From Deltaproteobacteria bacterium (GTDB lineage Bacteria > JAGRBM01 > JAHCIT01), in the NCBI GenBank assembly GCA_026129095.1, contig JAHCIT010000007.1, forward strand, positions 1-64,000: 64,000 bases of DNA, given 5' to 3'. The notes beneath the pieces are model-generated. The model made no database searches and was not told the origin of the DNA. It worked only from the letters and a program-made list of their open reading frames with translations. This document shows, one piece after another, positions 10,056 through 19,574 of the stretch. How positions within the stretch are numbered: position 1 is the stretch's first letter; each line of letters starts with the position of its first letter. A program made the translations under genes and the position numbers.

Positions 10056-10631
10056 ATGACCCCGAAACAACTGCTCGATGAAGTGATCCCGAAGAAGATC
10101 GCCGAACTGGCCGGCATCGAGGTGCCAAACCTGGACGCCGAGATGCAGGTAACGATTGAAGGCGATAGCGGCGGCACCTGGACGCTGAGCGCCAAGGGCG
10201 GAAAACCGCAGGTAAAGTCAGGTGCGCCCGCCCAGCCGATCGTCGTCGTCAAGACCAACCGCCAGGCCTTCGACCTGGGATTCCAGCGCGGTGGCCAGCA
10301 GGCCCTCGAAATGGACATCACCGGACCGGTGCAGATGGCCCTGAAGCTGCTGCCGGACGGCGACAAGATCAACATGATCCGCGAGCAGATGTCGGGCACC
10401 CTTCTTTTCAAGGTGACGACAACCGGCGGGGAAGCCCTCATCGGCCTCGGTTTCAACGGCGATGCCGATCTCGCCAACCCCCGCTGCTCCATCGAGACGT
10501 CGGAAGCCGAACTGCTTGAGATGCGCGATGCGAGGATGCCGCCACAGCAGGCGTTCATGGCCGGCAAGATCCGCCTGTCGGGCGACCTGTCCCTGGCAAT
10601 GACGGCCGGCATGCTGCTCGCCCCCATGTGA
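10056..10631 (+). CDS. SCP2 sterol/lipid-binding protein (probably two SCP2-like domains)
   Basis: GGAGGAG RBS; EGDSGGTWTL; PQQAFMAGKIRLSGDLSLAM. Confidence 0.85.
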   Translation: MTPKQLLDEVIPKKIAELAGIEVPNLDAEMQVTIEGDSGGTWTLSAKGGKPQVKSGAPAQPIVVVKTNRQAFDLGFQRGGQQALEMDITGPVQMALKLLPDGDKINMIREQMSGTLLFKVTTTGGEALIGLGFNGDADLANPRCSIETSEAELLEMRDARMPPQQAFMAGKIRLSGDLSLAMTAGMLLAPM

Positions 10632-10686
10632 CCTGGCCATCCCGTTTTCAGTCCCCGAGAGACACACGCTCCTTGGAGGAAGCCAT

Positions 10687-11568
10687 ATGAATACCCAGAC
10701 CATGCAGTCCCGCTCCCGTCCCAAACCCCCGCCATTCGCCGGCAGCCCGGTCCGTCAGGCCAGCCCCCTTCCTGACGGCGTAGACATCACGGTTCGCCAC
10801 CCGCGGTTCGATCTTGCCAGGGACCGCAAGCACTGGATGGACGGCGACCCGCTCATGAGCCGTGTCGTGGACGCGCTTTCCATGTTCTTTCCCGACGGCG
10901 AGAAGTTTTTCATCGACTCGGTTGTCCGGTTTCGCAATGAAATCACCGACCCGGAGCTGAAAAAGCAGATTTCCGCCTTCGCCGGACAGGAAGCCGCTCA
11001 CACAGCGGAACACCGCAAATACAACGTCCATGCCGCCGGGAACTTCGCGCCGAAGGCGGAATACGTAGCCGCGTTCCTGCTCGGTATTGCCCGCCGGTTC
11101 GGTTCGCGCAGACGCCAACTGGCTGTAACCGTCGCGCTCGAACACCTGACGGCTACGCTGGCAGACATTATCCTGAACGATCCGGAAACCGCTGCCCGGA
11201 TGGACGCCGAGCATCGGAAACTACTGCTCTGGCATGCCGCCGAGGAAACCGAGCACAAGTCGGTAGCATTCGATGTCTACAATGCCACTGGCGGCGGGTT
11301 CCTGCGCCGCACAGTGCTCATGATCGGGGCAACCGGATTTCTGGTTGCAGCCACCACCGGCGTCGCCGCCGTGCTCCTATGGCGGGATGGCGAACTGCTC
11401 AGGCTCCGCAATTTCAGCAGCCTTTATAACCTGTTTTTCGGTTCGCCAGGACTCATTCGCAAGGGAGCGAGAGAATATCTCCGCTACTTCCGCCGGGACT
11501 TCGAGCCATGGGGCCACGACAACTCGGCCCTGCTCGCCGCCTGGAAAAACCAGTACGCAAAAGCCTGA
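10687..11568 (+). CDS. Predicted metal-dependent hydrolase family (ferritin-like, ExxH), copy 1
   Basis: FPDGEKFFIDSV, QEAAHTAEH, ALEHLTA, WHAAEETEHKSVAFD. Confidence 0.9.
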   Translation: MNTQTMQSRSRPKPPPFAGSPVRQASPLPDGVDITVRHPRFDLARDRKHWMDGDPLMSRVVDALSMFFPDGEKFFIDSVVRFRNEITDPELKKQISAFAGQEAAHTAEHRKYNVHAAGNFAPKAEYVAAFLLGIARRFGSRRRQLAVTVALEHLTATLADIILNDPETAARMDAEHRKLLLWHAAEETEHKSVAFDVYNATGGGFLRRTVLMIGATGFLVAATTGVAAVLLWRDGELLRLRNFSSLYNLFFGSPGLIRKGAREYLRYFRRDFEPWGHDNSALLAAWKNQYAKA

Positions 11569-11597
11569 AATCCGGCAAAATCACCGGGGAGACCACC

Positions 11598-12449
11598 ATG
11601 ACTACAACTGCTGCCGCCACCATGCCCGCAAAACAGGCCACCCCGCTTCCGGAAGGCGTGGACATCAAGGTCCGCCACCTCAAGTTCCAGTTCCCCGAGA
11701 AGCGGTACTGGCTGGACAACGATCCGTTCGCCACACGGTTCATCGAATCCCTGTCGATGTTCTTTCCCGACGGCGAGACCTTCTTCGTCAAGTCGGTTCT
11801 CCACTACCGGGACCGGATTACCGACCCGGAGCTGAAGAAGCAGGTGGCCGCGTTCGCCGGGCAGGAACACATCCACTCGACCGAACACCAGAAGTACAAT
11901 GCCCGCGCTGCCGGCAGGCACCAGAAGCAGTACGAAAAGGTCGCCGGTTTCCTGCTGAACGGCCCGCACTCCCGGTTGGCCTCTCCACTGGACAAGCTGG
12001 CCGTCACGACCGCATTGGAGCATTTCACTGCGATCCTCGCCGATGAGTTCCTCAAGAACCCCGCCTATTCCAGCAAGATGGAACCCGCCCATGCCAAACT
12101 GTGGCTCTGGCATGCAGCCGAGGAAACCGAGCACAAGGCCGTCGCTTTCGATGTCTACAAGGCCGTCGGCGGCGGCTATTTCCGCCGGGCTTTCTTCATG
12201 CTGGCCGCGACGATGTTTATCCTGCTCGCCGCGATCGGCGTGACCTCGGTAATGCTCTGGCGCGACCGGATGCTGTTCCGCCTCAAGACCTTCACCAGCT
12301 TCCTCATGTGGGGCTTCATCCGGCCGGGGCTGTTTGTCCGGGTGCTGGGCAACTGGTTCGACTACTTCAAACCCGGTTTCCATCCCTGGCAGCACAACAA
12401 CGCCCACTTGCTCGCCGACTGGAAAAAGCAATACGCTGAAGCGGCGTAA
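11598..12449 (+). CDS. Predicted metal-dependent hydrolase family (ferritin-like, ExxH), copy 2
   Basis: FPDGETFFVKSV, QEHIHSTEH, ALEHFTA, WHAAEETEHKAVAFD, PGFHPW. Confidence 0.9.
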   Translation: MTTTAAATMPAKQATPLPEGVDIKVRHLKFQFPEKRYWLDNDPFATRFIESLSMFFPDGETFFVKSVLHYRDRITDPELKKQVAAFAGQEHIHSTEHQKYNARAAGRHQKQYEKVAGFLLNGPHSRLASPLDKLAVTTALEHFTAILADEFLKNPAYSSKMEPAHAKLWLWHAAEETEHKAVAFDVYKAVGGGYFRRAFFMLAATMFILLAAIGVTSVMLWRDRMLFRLKTFTSFLMWGFIRPGLFVRVLGNWFDYFKPGFHPWQHNNAHLLADWKKQYAEAA

Positions 12450-12548
12450 GTCGCAGGATTCCGGCCCGTCCCACAGTGGAAACGCCCGCTCCTTACGCTC
12501 CTTGCGGGGACTCCAGCAAACGGGAGCCCCGACTGAAAGGGCCCGTCC

Positions 12549-13619
12549 ATGAAGTTCTCCCTCTTTTTTGAAATGCAGATGTCGGACCCCACCCCGGAGT
12601 CGGAGGCACGGTGCTTCCACGACTGCGCCGACCAGGCAATTCTGGCCGACCAGATCGGGTACCATGGCATATGGGAAGTGGAGCACCACGGCCTGCGCGA
12701 ATACTCCCATTCGTCGGCACCTGAAGTATTTCTCGCCTACGTCGCCGCCAAAACCAAGAACATTCGGCTGGGGCACGGCATCACGCTCACGCCCAAGTGC
12801 TACAACCATCCGATGCGGATCGCCGAGCGGGTGGCGACGCTGGATATCCTTTCAAACGGCCGGGCCAACTGGGGGTCGGGCAAGAGCAACTCGCTAACCG
12901 AACAGAAGGCATTCGAAGGCGACATTCCCAGGCTCCACGACCAGTGGAAGGAAGCCCTCCAGATCATTCCGCGCATGTGGCAGGAGGAAGTGTTCGAGTT
13001 CAGGGGCGAATTCTGGAACATCCCGCCGACACAGGTAGTGCCGAAGCCGGTCCAGAAACCCCACCCGCCCCTGTTCGCCGCCTGTTCAAAACCGGATTCG
13101 GCCGTCGAGGTCGGCAGGCAGGGAATTGGCGCGCTCAATTTTGCCGTCGGTAACGATGAATACCTGACAAAAAAGGTGAAGGAGTACCGCAAGGCGGTGG
13201 AGGGTTCCAGCCCAAAGCACTATCAGAAAAACAACTGGTTCGCCTGCACGCCAGTGGCGCACTGCCAGGACAACGACCGCACCGCCTGCGAAATCGGGAT
13301 GCGCGGAGCGAGATTCTTCGCGCAGTCGCTCGGCATCTACTACACGCCGCTGAACCGGCCCATCGGAAGGCTTGCCGTTCAGAGAGGTGAGATACCTCCC
13401 GACGAACTCACCGAGGCGATGGAAGCGCGGCTCATGCCGGATGCCCCGGCCATGAACGTCGTGGGCGATCCCAGCCACTGCAAGGAGATCGTCTCCCGGT
13501 TCCGAGACGCGGGCATCGATGAGCTCATTCTCGTCATGCAGGCTGGGACAGTGCCTCACGAGGAAATCATGCGGTCTATCAAGACCTTCGGCGAAAAGGT
13601 CATGCCGCACTTCGCATGA
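12549..13619 (+). CDS. LLM-class (luciferase-like) flavin-dependent oxidoreductase
   Basis: WEVEHH, HPMRIAERVATLDILSNGR, VVPKPVQKPHPP. Confidence 0.93.
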   Translation: MKFSLFFEMQMSDPTPESEARCFHDCADQAILADQIGYHGIWEVEHHGLREYSHSSAPEVFLAYVAAKTKNIRLGHGITLTPKCYNHPMRIAERVATLDILSNGRANWGSGKSNSLTEQKAFEGDIPRLHDQWKEALQIIPRMWQEEVFEFRGEFWNIPPTQVVPKPVQKPHPPLFAACSKPDSAVEVGRQGIGALNFAVGNDEYLTKKVKEYRKAVEGSSPKHYQKNNWFACTPVAHCQDNDRTACEIGMRGARFFAQSLGIYYTPLNRPIGRLAVQRGEIPPDELTEAMEARLMPDAPAMNVVGDPSHCKEIVSRFRDAGIDELILVMQAGTVPHEEIMRSIKTFGEKVMPHFA

Positions 13620-13644
13620 CGGCAGGGCCCGGGAGCAAGAAATC

Positions 13645-15057
13645 ATGGCGGCAGCCGTACCGTTGAAAATCGCGATTACCGGAGCATCCGGAAGCCTCGG
13701 CGAGGCCATTCTCGACATTCTTCTTCCCGATGACGAAATCGGCGAAATCGTGGCGATCGACCTGGCCCCGCCCCGGCGGAATGCAAGCGCGGCGAAACTC
13801 CACCATGTCCGGATGGACGTGCGCGACGCGAAACTGGCGGAAACGTTCAAGGGCCTTGATGCCGTCATCCACCTGGCGTTCATCGTGGAGAAAACCGGCG
13901 GCAAGCCACCGGAAGAGGTGGAGTCGATCAACGTCGGCGGGACACAGAACGTGTTTCGCTGCGCTGCCAGCGCCGGGGTCCCTCATGTGGTGTACGCCTC
14001 GTCGGTAGCCTCATACGGCATTCATCCCCACAACCGGGGCAAGCTGCTCACCGAGGACACTCCCCGCGTAGCCAGCGAGAACTTCTACTACTCCCGGCAC
14101 AAGACGGCCGTGGAACTGTGGCTCGACGGGTTCGAGAAAGAGCACCCGGAGATAGCCATCTGCCGCCTGCGTCCGTCGATCTTTCTCAGCGAACGGTCCC
14201 ATACGCGCAAGGTCCAAACCCTGTTTGCCGCCCCCGTCCAGATCAAGATGACTGGCGTCGATGTGCGGATGCAGCTGACGCATGAAGACGACGTGGCACA
14301 GGCGTTTGTGCTGGCGCTGAAGAAGAAGGCGAAAGGTGCCTACAACGTCGCCGCCGAGGGGACAGTGCCGCTCGGTGATCTTGGTTCGGAACTGGGCCGC
14401 CCGTCGGTTCCCGTTCCGGGCAACCCGCTGAGACTCGCCAAGGTGGCGGCCAAGTCAGGCTATGCCCCCATGGATCCGGTCTGGTTCGACGTGATGGAAG
14501 ACGGCGAAGTTACGGTGTCCGGCGCGAAAATCCACAAGGAACTCCGCTGGCAACCGCGGTTTGAGACTTCCGGGGATGTGCTCCGGCAGGTCGCCGGCCG
14601 GCCGAATGCGAAAGCCTCCCATGCCCTCAAGTGGTACTGGGGTTCCATGGCCCGCCTCTCGTCCGCCGTTCGCAGGATTCCCATGCCAGCCGACATCGCG
14701 GGGCAGGCGCGGGGCTTCGAGGGCGACATCAACCTGGTATTCACTGGCGACCAGCCGGGTGCCTACCGGATCCACATCGGGACCGGCAGCTTTTCCATTC
14801 ATGAGGGAACGGTCCCGGATGCACGGGCGACAATTCTCATGAAGACGGAAACCTTCCACGACCTGCTGCTGGGGAAGTTCAACAGCCAGTCGGCCATGTT
14901 TACCGGAAAGATCCGTGTCCGGGGCGAGGGAGAAACCGTGCTGATCGCCATGGGCTCGATTGACACCTTCCGGCGGCTCCAGAGACTGAAAAGTCCGCTC
15001 GGCGCGGGCGCACGGATATACGGAAAATTCCTGCTCCGCGAACTGCCGGCATCCTAG
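13645..15057 (+). CDS. Extended SDR/NAD-dependent epimerase fused to a C-terminal SCP2 domain
   Basis: ITGASGSLG, YASS, YSRHK; C-terminal AMFTGKIRVRGE. Confidence 0.88.
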   Translation: MAAAVPLKIAITGASGSLGEAILDILLPDDEIGEIVAIDLAPPRRNASAAKLHHVRMDVRDAKLAETFKGLDAVIHLAFIVEKTGGKPPEEVESINVGGTQNVFRCAASAGVPHVVYASSVASYGIHPHNRGKLLTEDTPRVASENFYYSRHKTAVELWLDGFEKEHPEIAICRLRPSIFLSERSHTRKVQTLFAAPVQIKMTGVDVRMQLTHEDDVAQAFVLALKKKAKGAYNVAAEGTVPLGDLGSELGRPSVPVPGNPLRLAKVAAKSGYAPMDPVWFDVMEDGEVTVSGAKIHKELRWQPRFETSGDVLRQVAGRPNAKASHALKWYWGSMARLSSAVRRIPMPADIAGQARGFEGDINLVFTGDQPGAYRIHIGTGSFSIHEGTVPDARATILMKTETFHDLLLGKFNSQSAMFTGKIRVRGEGETVLIAMGSIDTFRRLQRLKSPLGAGARIYGKFLLRELPAS

Positions 15058-15893
15058 GGCCCAATTCGCGCTTCCAACAGCCGGTAGGGGCAATACTGGA
15101 GTGGCGGGTGTCTGCCGGTCGTGTTCAGCGACGCCAGTTCCAGAACCTCCACAGAGTCAAAGCCACAGGAGACGGCAAACCGGCGCGCTTCGTCAATCGT
15201 CTCGAACAGCCGGTCGTCGAACCTGGCGCCCACCAGAAGTCCCAGCGCGGATGTGAAGAACCTCGCCATCTGGCGATATGCCCCGTAGAGCTCCCTCGCG
15301 TGAACCTCGAACAGGTAGCGGCCGCCGCCGTGCGCCCTGAACAGGCTGGCGATGTTGCCCATCGCCTTCCGCTTTTCGTCCATGCTGAGGTAGTCAGTAA
15401 CCCCTTCGGTGATCGCGGCAATCTTCTGGCCAGCCCTGAAAACCGGCGGAAGCGTATCGAGAAACCGGCTTCCCAGCAGGTCTACGGTCCCCAGATGATA
15501 GTTCGGCGGCAACTCAACACCAGCCAGCGCACGCCGCTTGGCCGCCACCATGTGGGGCAGATCCCCTTCGATATAGATCAACCCGGGGTTCCGGCGGGTG
15601 AAGGAGAGGCCCCGTGGAGAGAGTCCGGCGCCGATCTCCACCACGACATCCGGCTGGAGTTGCCGAAGCCGCTCCTCGTATGCCGCGTGACGGATCCAGA
15701 GGTAGTCCAGATGATGCTGGACATGCGGCCCAAGTGCTCCCGCCATCGGTGTCAGCCGTTTTACCGCATTGAACATCACCCGGCCCTGGAATGTGTCGAA
15801 GTAGCCTGCATGCTCAAAGCCTGCCTGCACCCATGCCTGTGCAGTAAAATGGGCCGTCGGCGCGATGCGTGGATTTCCCTTGGGCTCCGCCAT
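15054..15893 (-). CDS. Class I SAM methyltransferase (leucine carboxyl methyltransferase-like)
   Basis: IAPTAHFTA, VVEIGAGLSPRG, EGDLP, TEGVTDYL; start chosen at MAEPKG. Confidence 0.85.
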   Translation of the reverse strand: MAEPKGNPRIAPTAHFTAQAWVQAGFEHAGYFDTFQGRVMFNAVKRLTPMAGALGPHVQHHLDYLWIRHAAYEERLRQLQPDVVVEIGAGLSPRGLSFTRRNPGLIYIEGDLPHMVAAKRRALAGVELPPNYHLGTVDLLGSRFLDTLPPVFRAGQKIAAITEGVTDYLSMDEKRKAMGNIASLFRAHGGGRYLFEVHARELYGAYRQMARFFTSALGLLVGARFDDRLFETIDEARRFAVSCGFDSVEVLELASLNTTGRHPPLQYCPYRLLEARIGP

Positions 15894-15990
15894 ACAGGGA
15901 GTATGCACGCCGGCAAAAGCGGCTCCAAGCGCGGCGTTCGCCAATTTCACGGGAGCAGTCGCCTCTGGCCAGTTTCCGGAGTTAGAGTAA

Positions 15991-18384
15991 ATGCCATCGA
16001 TGGCTGGCACCGCTTCCCCCACCCCTCCGGTCACTGCCGGCGAACGGCTAATCCTGCTCCTTGCCGGGTTTGCAGCCATCAACTGGATGGCGTTCGGCCG
16101 CATCTACCTCGGCGAAGACGCCCTGTATTTCCGGGACGCCCTCATCAACCACATTCCGTACAAATCATGGTTCCTTCAGCGGATACTGGCTGGCGAACTG
16201 CCGCTCTGGAGCGAGAACATCCGCAGCGGCATACCCTATCTCGCCGATCCGGTTCAGGGATTTTTCTATCCGGGGCAGATCCCGCTGCTGTTTTCCGGCG
16301 GACTGCACCCGGTTCACGCCTACGGAATTCTCGCGGGCTTCCAGTTTCTCATCGCCCACGCAGGGTATCATCACCTCACCCGGACCCTCGGCGCGGGCCA
16401 TTTCAGCGCTTTCACCGGCTCGGCGCTGCTTGCGTACGGACCGATTGCCCTTGAGCTCACCTCGGTAATCCAGTTCCTGTCGATGTTCGCGATCACCGGC
16501 TGGCTGTGTGCCGCCCTTGTGCGGCTGCTCCGGAATCCGGGGCGGCTGGCAACTATCAGGCTGGCCCTGTGGACCGCCATCGCCGTCACGACCGGCGACC
16601 TGCAGGGGGTTTACCTGTTTGGACTGGTCACCATTACCGCCGCCCGCCCCTGGCGGCGGGCCCAGTGGCGAACTATCGCCAGTGTTTCGGCCGCTCTGGC
16701 AGCCGGCATCTTCCTTTCCGCCTGTGCGATCCTTCCCGGCCTTGAACTGTCGGCCCACTCCTACCGGCGTTTTGAAAACACCGAAGACCTTGCCCTTCGC
16801 TGGTCATGGAATCCACGTCGCGTGATCGAGTGGGCTGCTCCCGGGCTGTTCGATCCTCCGGCCGAGATACCGGTTCCGTTTGGCAAGCTGGAAACCGGCC
16901 CCGGAAGCGGCCACCAGAAATACTGGTTCCCAAGGGGAAGCCCCGGCCTCCTGTTTACAGCACTGATCCCGCTCGCCCTCGCCGCTCTCCGGAGGCGAAA
17001 GGAAATTCTGCCACTTACAGGAATGACCCTGCTTTTTCTCATCGCTGCCGCGGGAACCCACACGGGGCTTTATCAACTGCTTCGTACGATACTTCCTGGA
17101 TGGGACCAGTTCCGCTTCCCCGAGCGGCTTCTTCTCCCGGCTTTCATCTCGCTTGCCGTTGCAGGAATCCTCGCGCTCGACCAGTTGATTGAGCGGCAGA
17201 AATCGGATGAACCGGATGGCGGCTGGATACCCCCGCAATGGGTTCTCGCCGGGCCGCTCTTGCTGACGGCCGCCGCCCTGTGGGGAGCGGTCAACACCCG
17301 CGGTGCTCTGGCGATGGTTACAGGCATCAATGCCAACGGCGTCTGGGCTGGCTGGGCCTCGGACTGTTTCCGGCTGGCCCTTGCTCCCGTCGTATTGTGC
17401 CTGGCCGGGCTCACCCTCTGGCGGAACGTAAGGTGGGCGCGGGGGCTCCTGGCCGGAGCCGTGGCGGTTGAACTGCTCGTCATCTCGCTCCCCGGCCTTA
17501 AAACCGTCCCGCTGTCCACTTTCCGCGCCGAACCGGAACTGGTCCGTGCCATCCGTGAAATCCATGCCGCTGGCGCAACTCCCAGCCTCGCGCCCCAGAT
17601 CCATGTCCAGCTTCCACCTCCGCCCGGCAATGGGGCATTCGAGGAAAACACGGCCCGTCACCAGTGGGAAACTCTTGCGCACAACATCGCCCTCGCCTTC
17701 GGCCTGAACAACCCGGAGGGCTACAACTCCTCCGCCCCCGCCGACCGGGAGATGGCAAACCGTCAGGTGCCCGCCCCGGTGATGGCCAGAATCCTCGCCC
17801 TTGATTTCGCTGTGCTCCCGCAGGCGGTTTCGCCGGGAAGCGGCTGGACCTGCGGGACTCTCCTTGCCCGTCTCGATGCCCATATCTGCCGCCCCAATGC
17901 CCCGCCGGGAGCCGTCCGAGCTCCGCCCCGCTGGGTATTCGAATCAGACCCGGACAAGCTCCGCGAGCGGATGCAGGAGCCCGGATGGAACCCTGCCTCG
18001 CTGGAGTTCATCGGCCGTTTTTCCGGGCCATGGAAAGACGCGCCGCCTGTTCCTTCGGGAGAAAGTGGCGAAACGGCTATCCGGGTCATTTCCTGGACAC
18101 CCGAACGGCGGGTGATCGAAGTCGAACGGGAAAAGGAAGGCCCCACTGTCTTCCGCGACAACTTCTTCCCCGGCTGGAAAGCATTTACCGGGGGGCGGGA
18201 AATATCCGTCATCCCGGCCAACGGATTCCAGATCGCTGTCTGGACGCCAGCCGGAAAAAACACCATCGAACTCGTGTACCAGCCCCGAAGTGTTGCCGCC
18301 GGCGCTGTCGTAAGTATCGTCACCGCCCTTGGACTTCTGGTCTGGGCAGCCGCCGGGCATCGGCGGAAGGAAATCACCGCCTGA
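15991..18384 (+). CDS. YfhO-family polytopic membrane protein (GT-C-like)
   Basis: GELPLWS..GIPYLADP..FFYP, QFRFPER, NFFPGWKA, IELVYQP. Confidence 0.8.
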   Translation: MPSMAGTASPTPPVTAGERLILLLAGFAAINWMAFGRIYLGEDALYFRDALINHIPYKSWFLQRILAGELPLWSENIRSGIPYLADPVQGFFYPGQIPLLFSGGLHPVHAYGILAGFQFLIAHAGYHHLTRTLGAGHFSAFTGSALLAYGPIALELTSVIQFLSMFAITGWLCAALVRLLRNPGRLATIRLALWTAIAVTTGDLQGVYLFGLVTITAARPWRRAQWRTIASVSAALAAGIFLSACAILPGLELSAHSYRRFENTEDLALRWSWNPRRVIEWAAPGLFDPPAEIPVPFGKLETGPGSGHQKYWFPRGSPGLLFTALIPLALAALRRRKEILPLTGMTLLFLIAAAGTHTGLYQLLRTILPGWDQFRFPERLLLPAFISLAVAGILALDQLIERQKSDEPDGGWIPPQWVLAGPLLLTAAALWGAVNTRGALAMVTGINANGVWAGWASDCFRLALAPVVLCLAGLTLWRNVRWARGLLAGAVAVELLVISLPGLKTVPLSTFRAEPELVRAIREIHAAGATPSLAPQIHVQLPPPPGNGAFEENTARHQWETLAHNIALAFGLNNPEGYNSSAPADREMANRQVPAPVMARILALDFAVLPQAVSPGSGWTCGTLLARLDAHICRPNAPPGAVRAPPRWVFESDPDKLRERMQEPGWNPASLEFIGRFSGPWKDAPPVPSGESGETAIRVISWTPERRVIEVEREKEGPTVFRDNFFPGWKAFTGGREISVIPANGFQIAVWTPAGKNTIELVYQPRSVAAGAVVSIVTALGLLVWAAAGHRRKEITA

Positions 18385-18629
18385 CCGAAGGTTGTGCAGG
18401 CTCCGATCGAGACGAAGGCGGCAAACTACAATGACCAAGGTGGAAACCTCCAGCTGCATGCGCCACAATATCCAGAAACCGGATACTACCAGCGAGAGAT
18501 GAAAATTCGCCGACGTTTCAGGGTTACTTCGTCTCTGGATACTCGCTGCGCTATATCACATCTTGTGTTATTCACTCCACGACGTGAAGAGGACATTGGT
18601 TTGACGATAATCCCACTGGAGGCAGAGGT

Positions 18630-19574
18630 ATGAGTGAGGATAGAAATGAGCGGATAACCCATCAAAAACCAGATCCCCGAGCTGGCCTCCGGTCGCTACT
18701 CATTGCAATCGATTTCACGGCCGCATCTGATCGAATTATTGGTAGGCTTACGCGGCTACCTCTCGCAGAGGATGCGACCATTACGCTGGCACATGTCGTT
18801 CCGGTGGGCTTGCATCCGGGTGAACAGCACAATGCCGAACTTGACGCAAGGAAAGCCCTATCGGATGAGGTACGACACATCGCCGAGTTACTACCGAAGT
18901 CCATTCGAATCCGGTCAGTCATAAAAACCGGCAATGCAGCATACGAAATCACGCAGATCGCGAAGCGGCAGGCAGCCGACCTGATTGTCATGGGGCGCAG
19001 TAGCGGACGTGTCCTTAGAGACACGTTCTTAGGATCGACGGCGGAACGGGTTATCAGAACAGGAAAACTCCCGGTGCTGACGGTACGGTTGGCCCCCCGT
19101 ACGGCTTACCGGAGACCAGCAATTGCAGTCGATCTCGACGAGACTTTACCCGGTATTTTTACGTGGCTACTGCGAATCCTGCCACCGCCACGCCCACCGG
19201 TCGAAGTCATTCATGCCCTTAATTCTCCGTACGAAAGCCTGGCGTACTCCCGCCTTCCCGACGAAGCAGTCACTGCACGCCGTATCCAGCTGCGACAGAG
19301 TGCCCTGCGCAAACTTGAAAGCACATTAGCTACCGCCATTACCAAGAAAGGGATTCCGGCGAAAGATGTACCGTGGCGGTTCCATGTCCAGTATGGTTCT
19401 CCAAGGACCGTAGTCACGAAGGCTATCAAGCACTGCAACACGGATATCCTCGTACTGGGTACGCACGGCTATTCAGGTCTCGCACATCTATTCATCGGTT
19501 CCATCGCCGGCAACCTTCTGCGGGAAGCAGGTTGCGATGTGCTGGTCGTACCACCTGGTTCCGAGTCAGCCTGA
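18630..19574 (+). CDS. Universal stress protein (tandem USP domains)
   Basis: ADLIVMG..FLGSTAERVIR; DILVLGTHG..FIGSIA..CDVLVV. Confidence 0.92.
   Translation: MSEDRNERITHQKPDPRAGLRSLLIAIDFTAASDRIIGRLTRLPLAEDATITLAHVVPVGLHPGEQHNAELDARKALSDEVRHIAELLPKSIRIRSVIKTGNAAYEITQIAKRQAADLIVMGRSSGRVLRDTFLGSTAERVIRTGKLPVLTVRLAPRTAYRRPAIAVDLDETLPGIFTWLLRILPPPRPPVEVIHALNSPYESLAYSRLPDEAVTARRIQLRQSALRKLESTLATAITKKGIPAKDVPWRFHVQYGSPRTVVTKAIKHCNTDILVLGTHGYSGLAHLFIGSIAGNLLREAGCDVLVVPPGSESA

Noticed and set aside
12450-12548. Hairpin and short repeats upstream of the LLM gene (possible Moco or c-di-GMP riboswitch)
   Set aside because: Only GGAAAC/GAAAGG fragments match; core motifs are missing
18394-18633. 79-aa ORF upstream of the USP gene
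   Set aside because: No RBS or motif; more likely a promoter region or gene remnant
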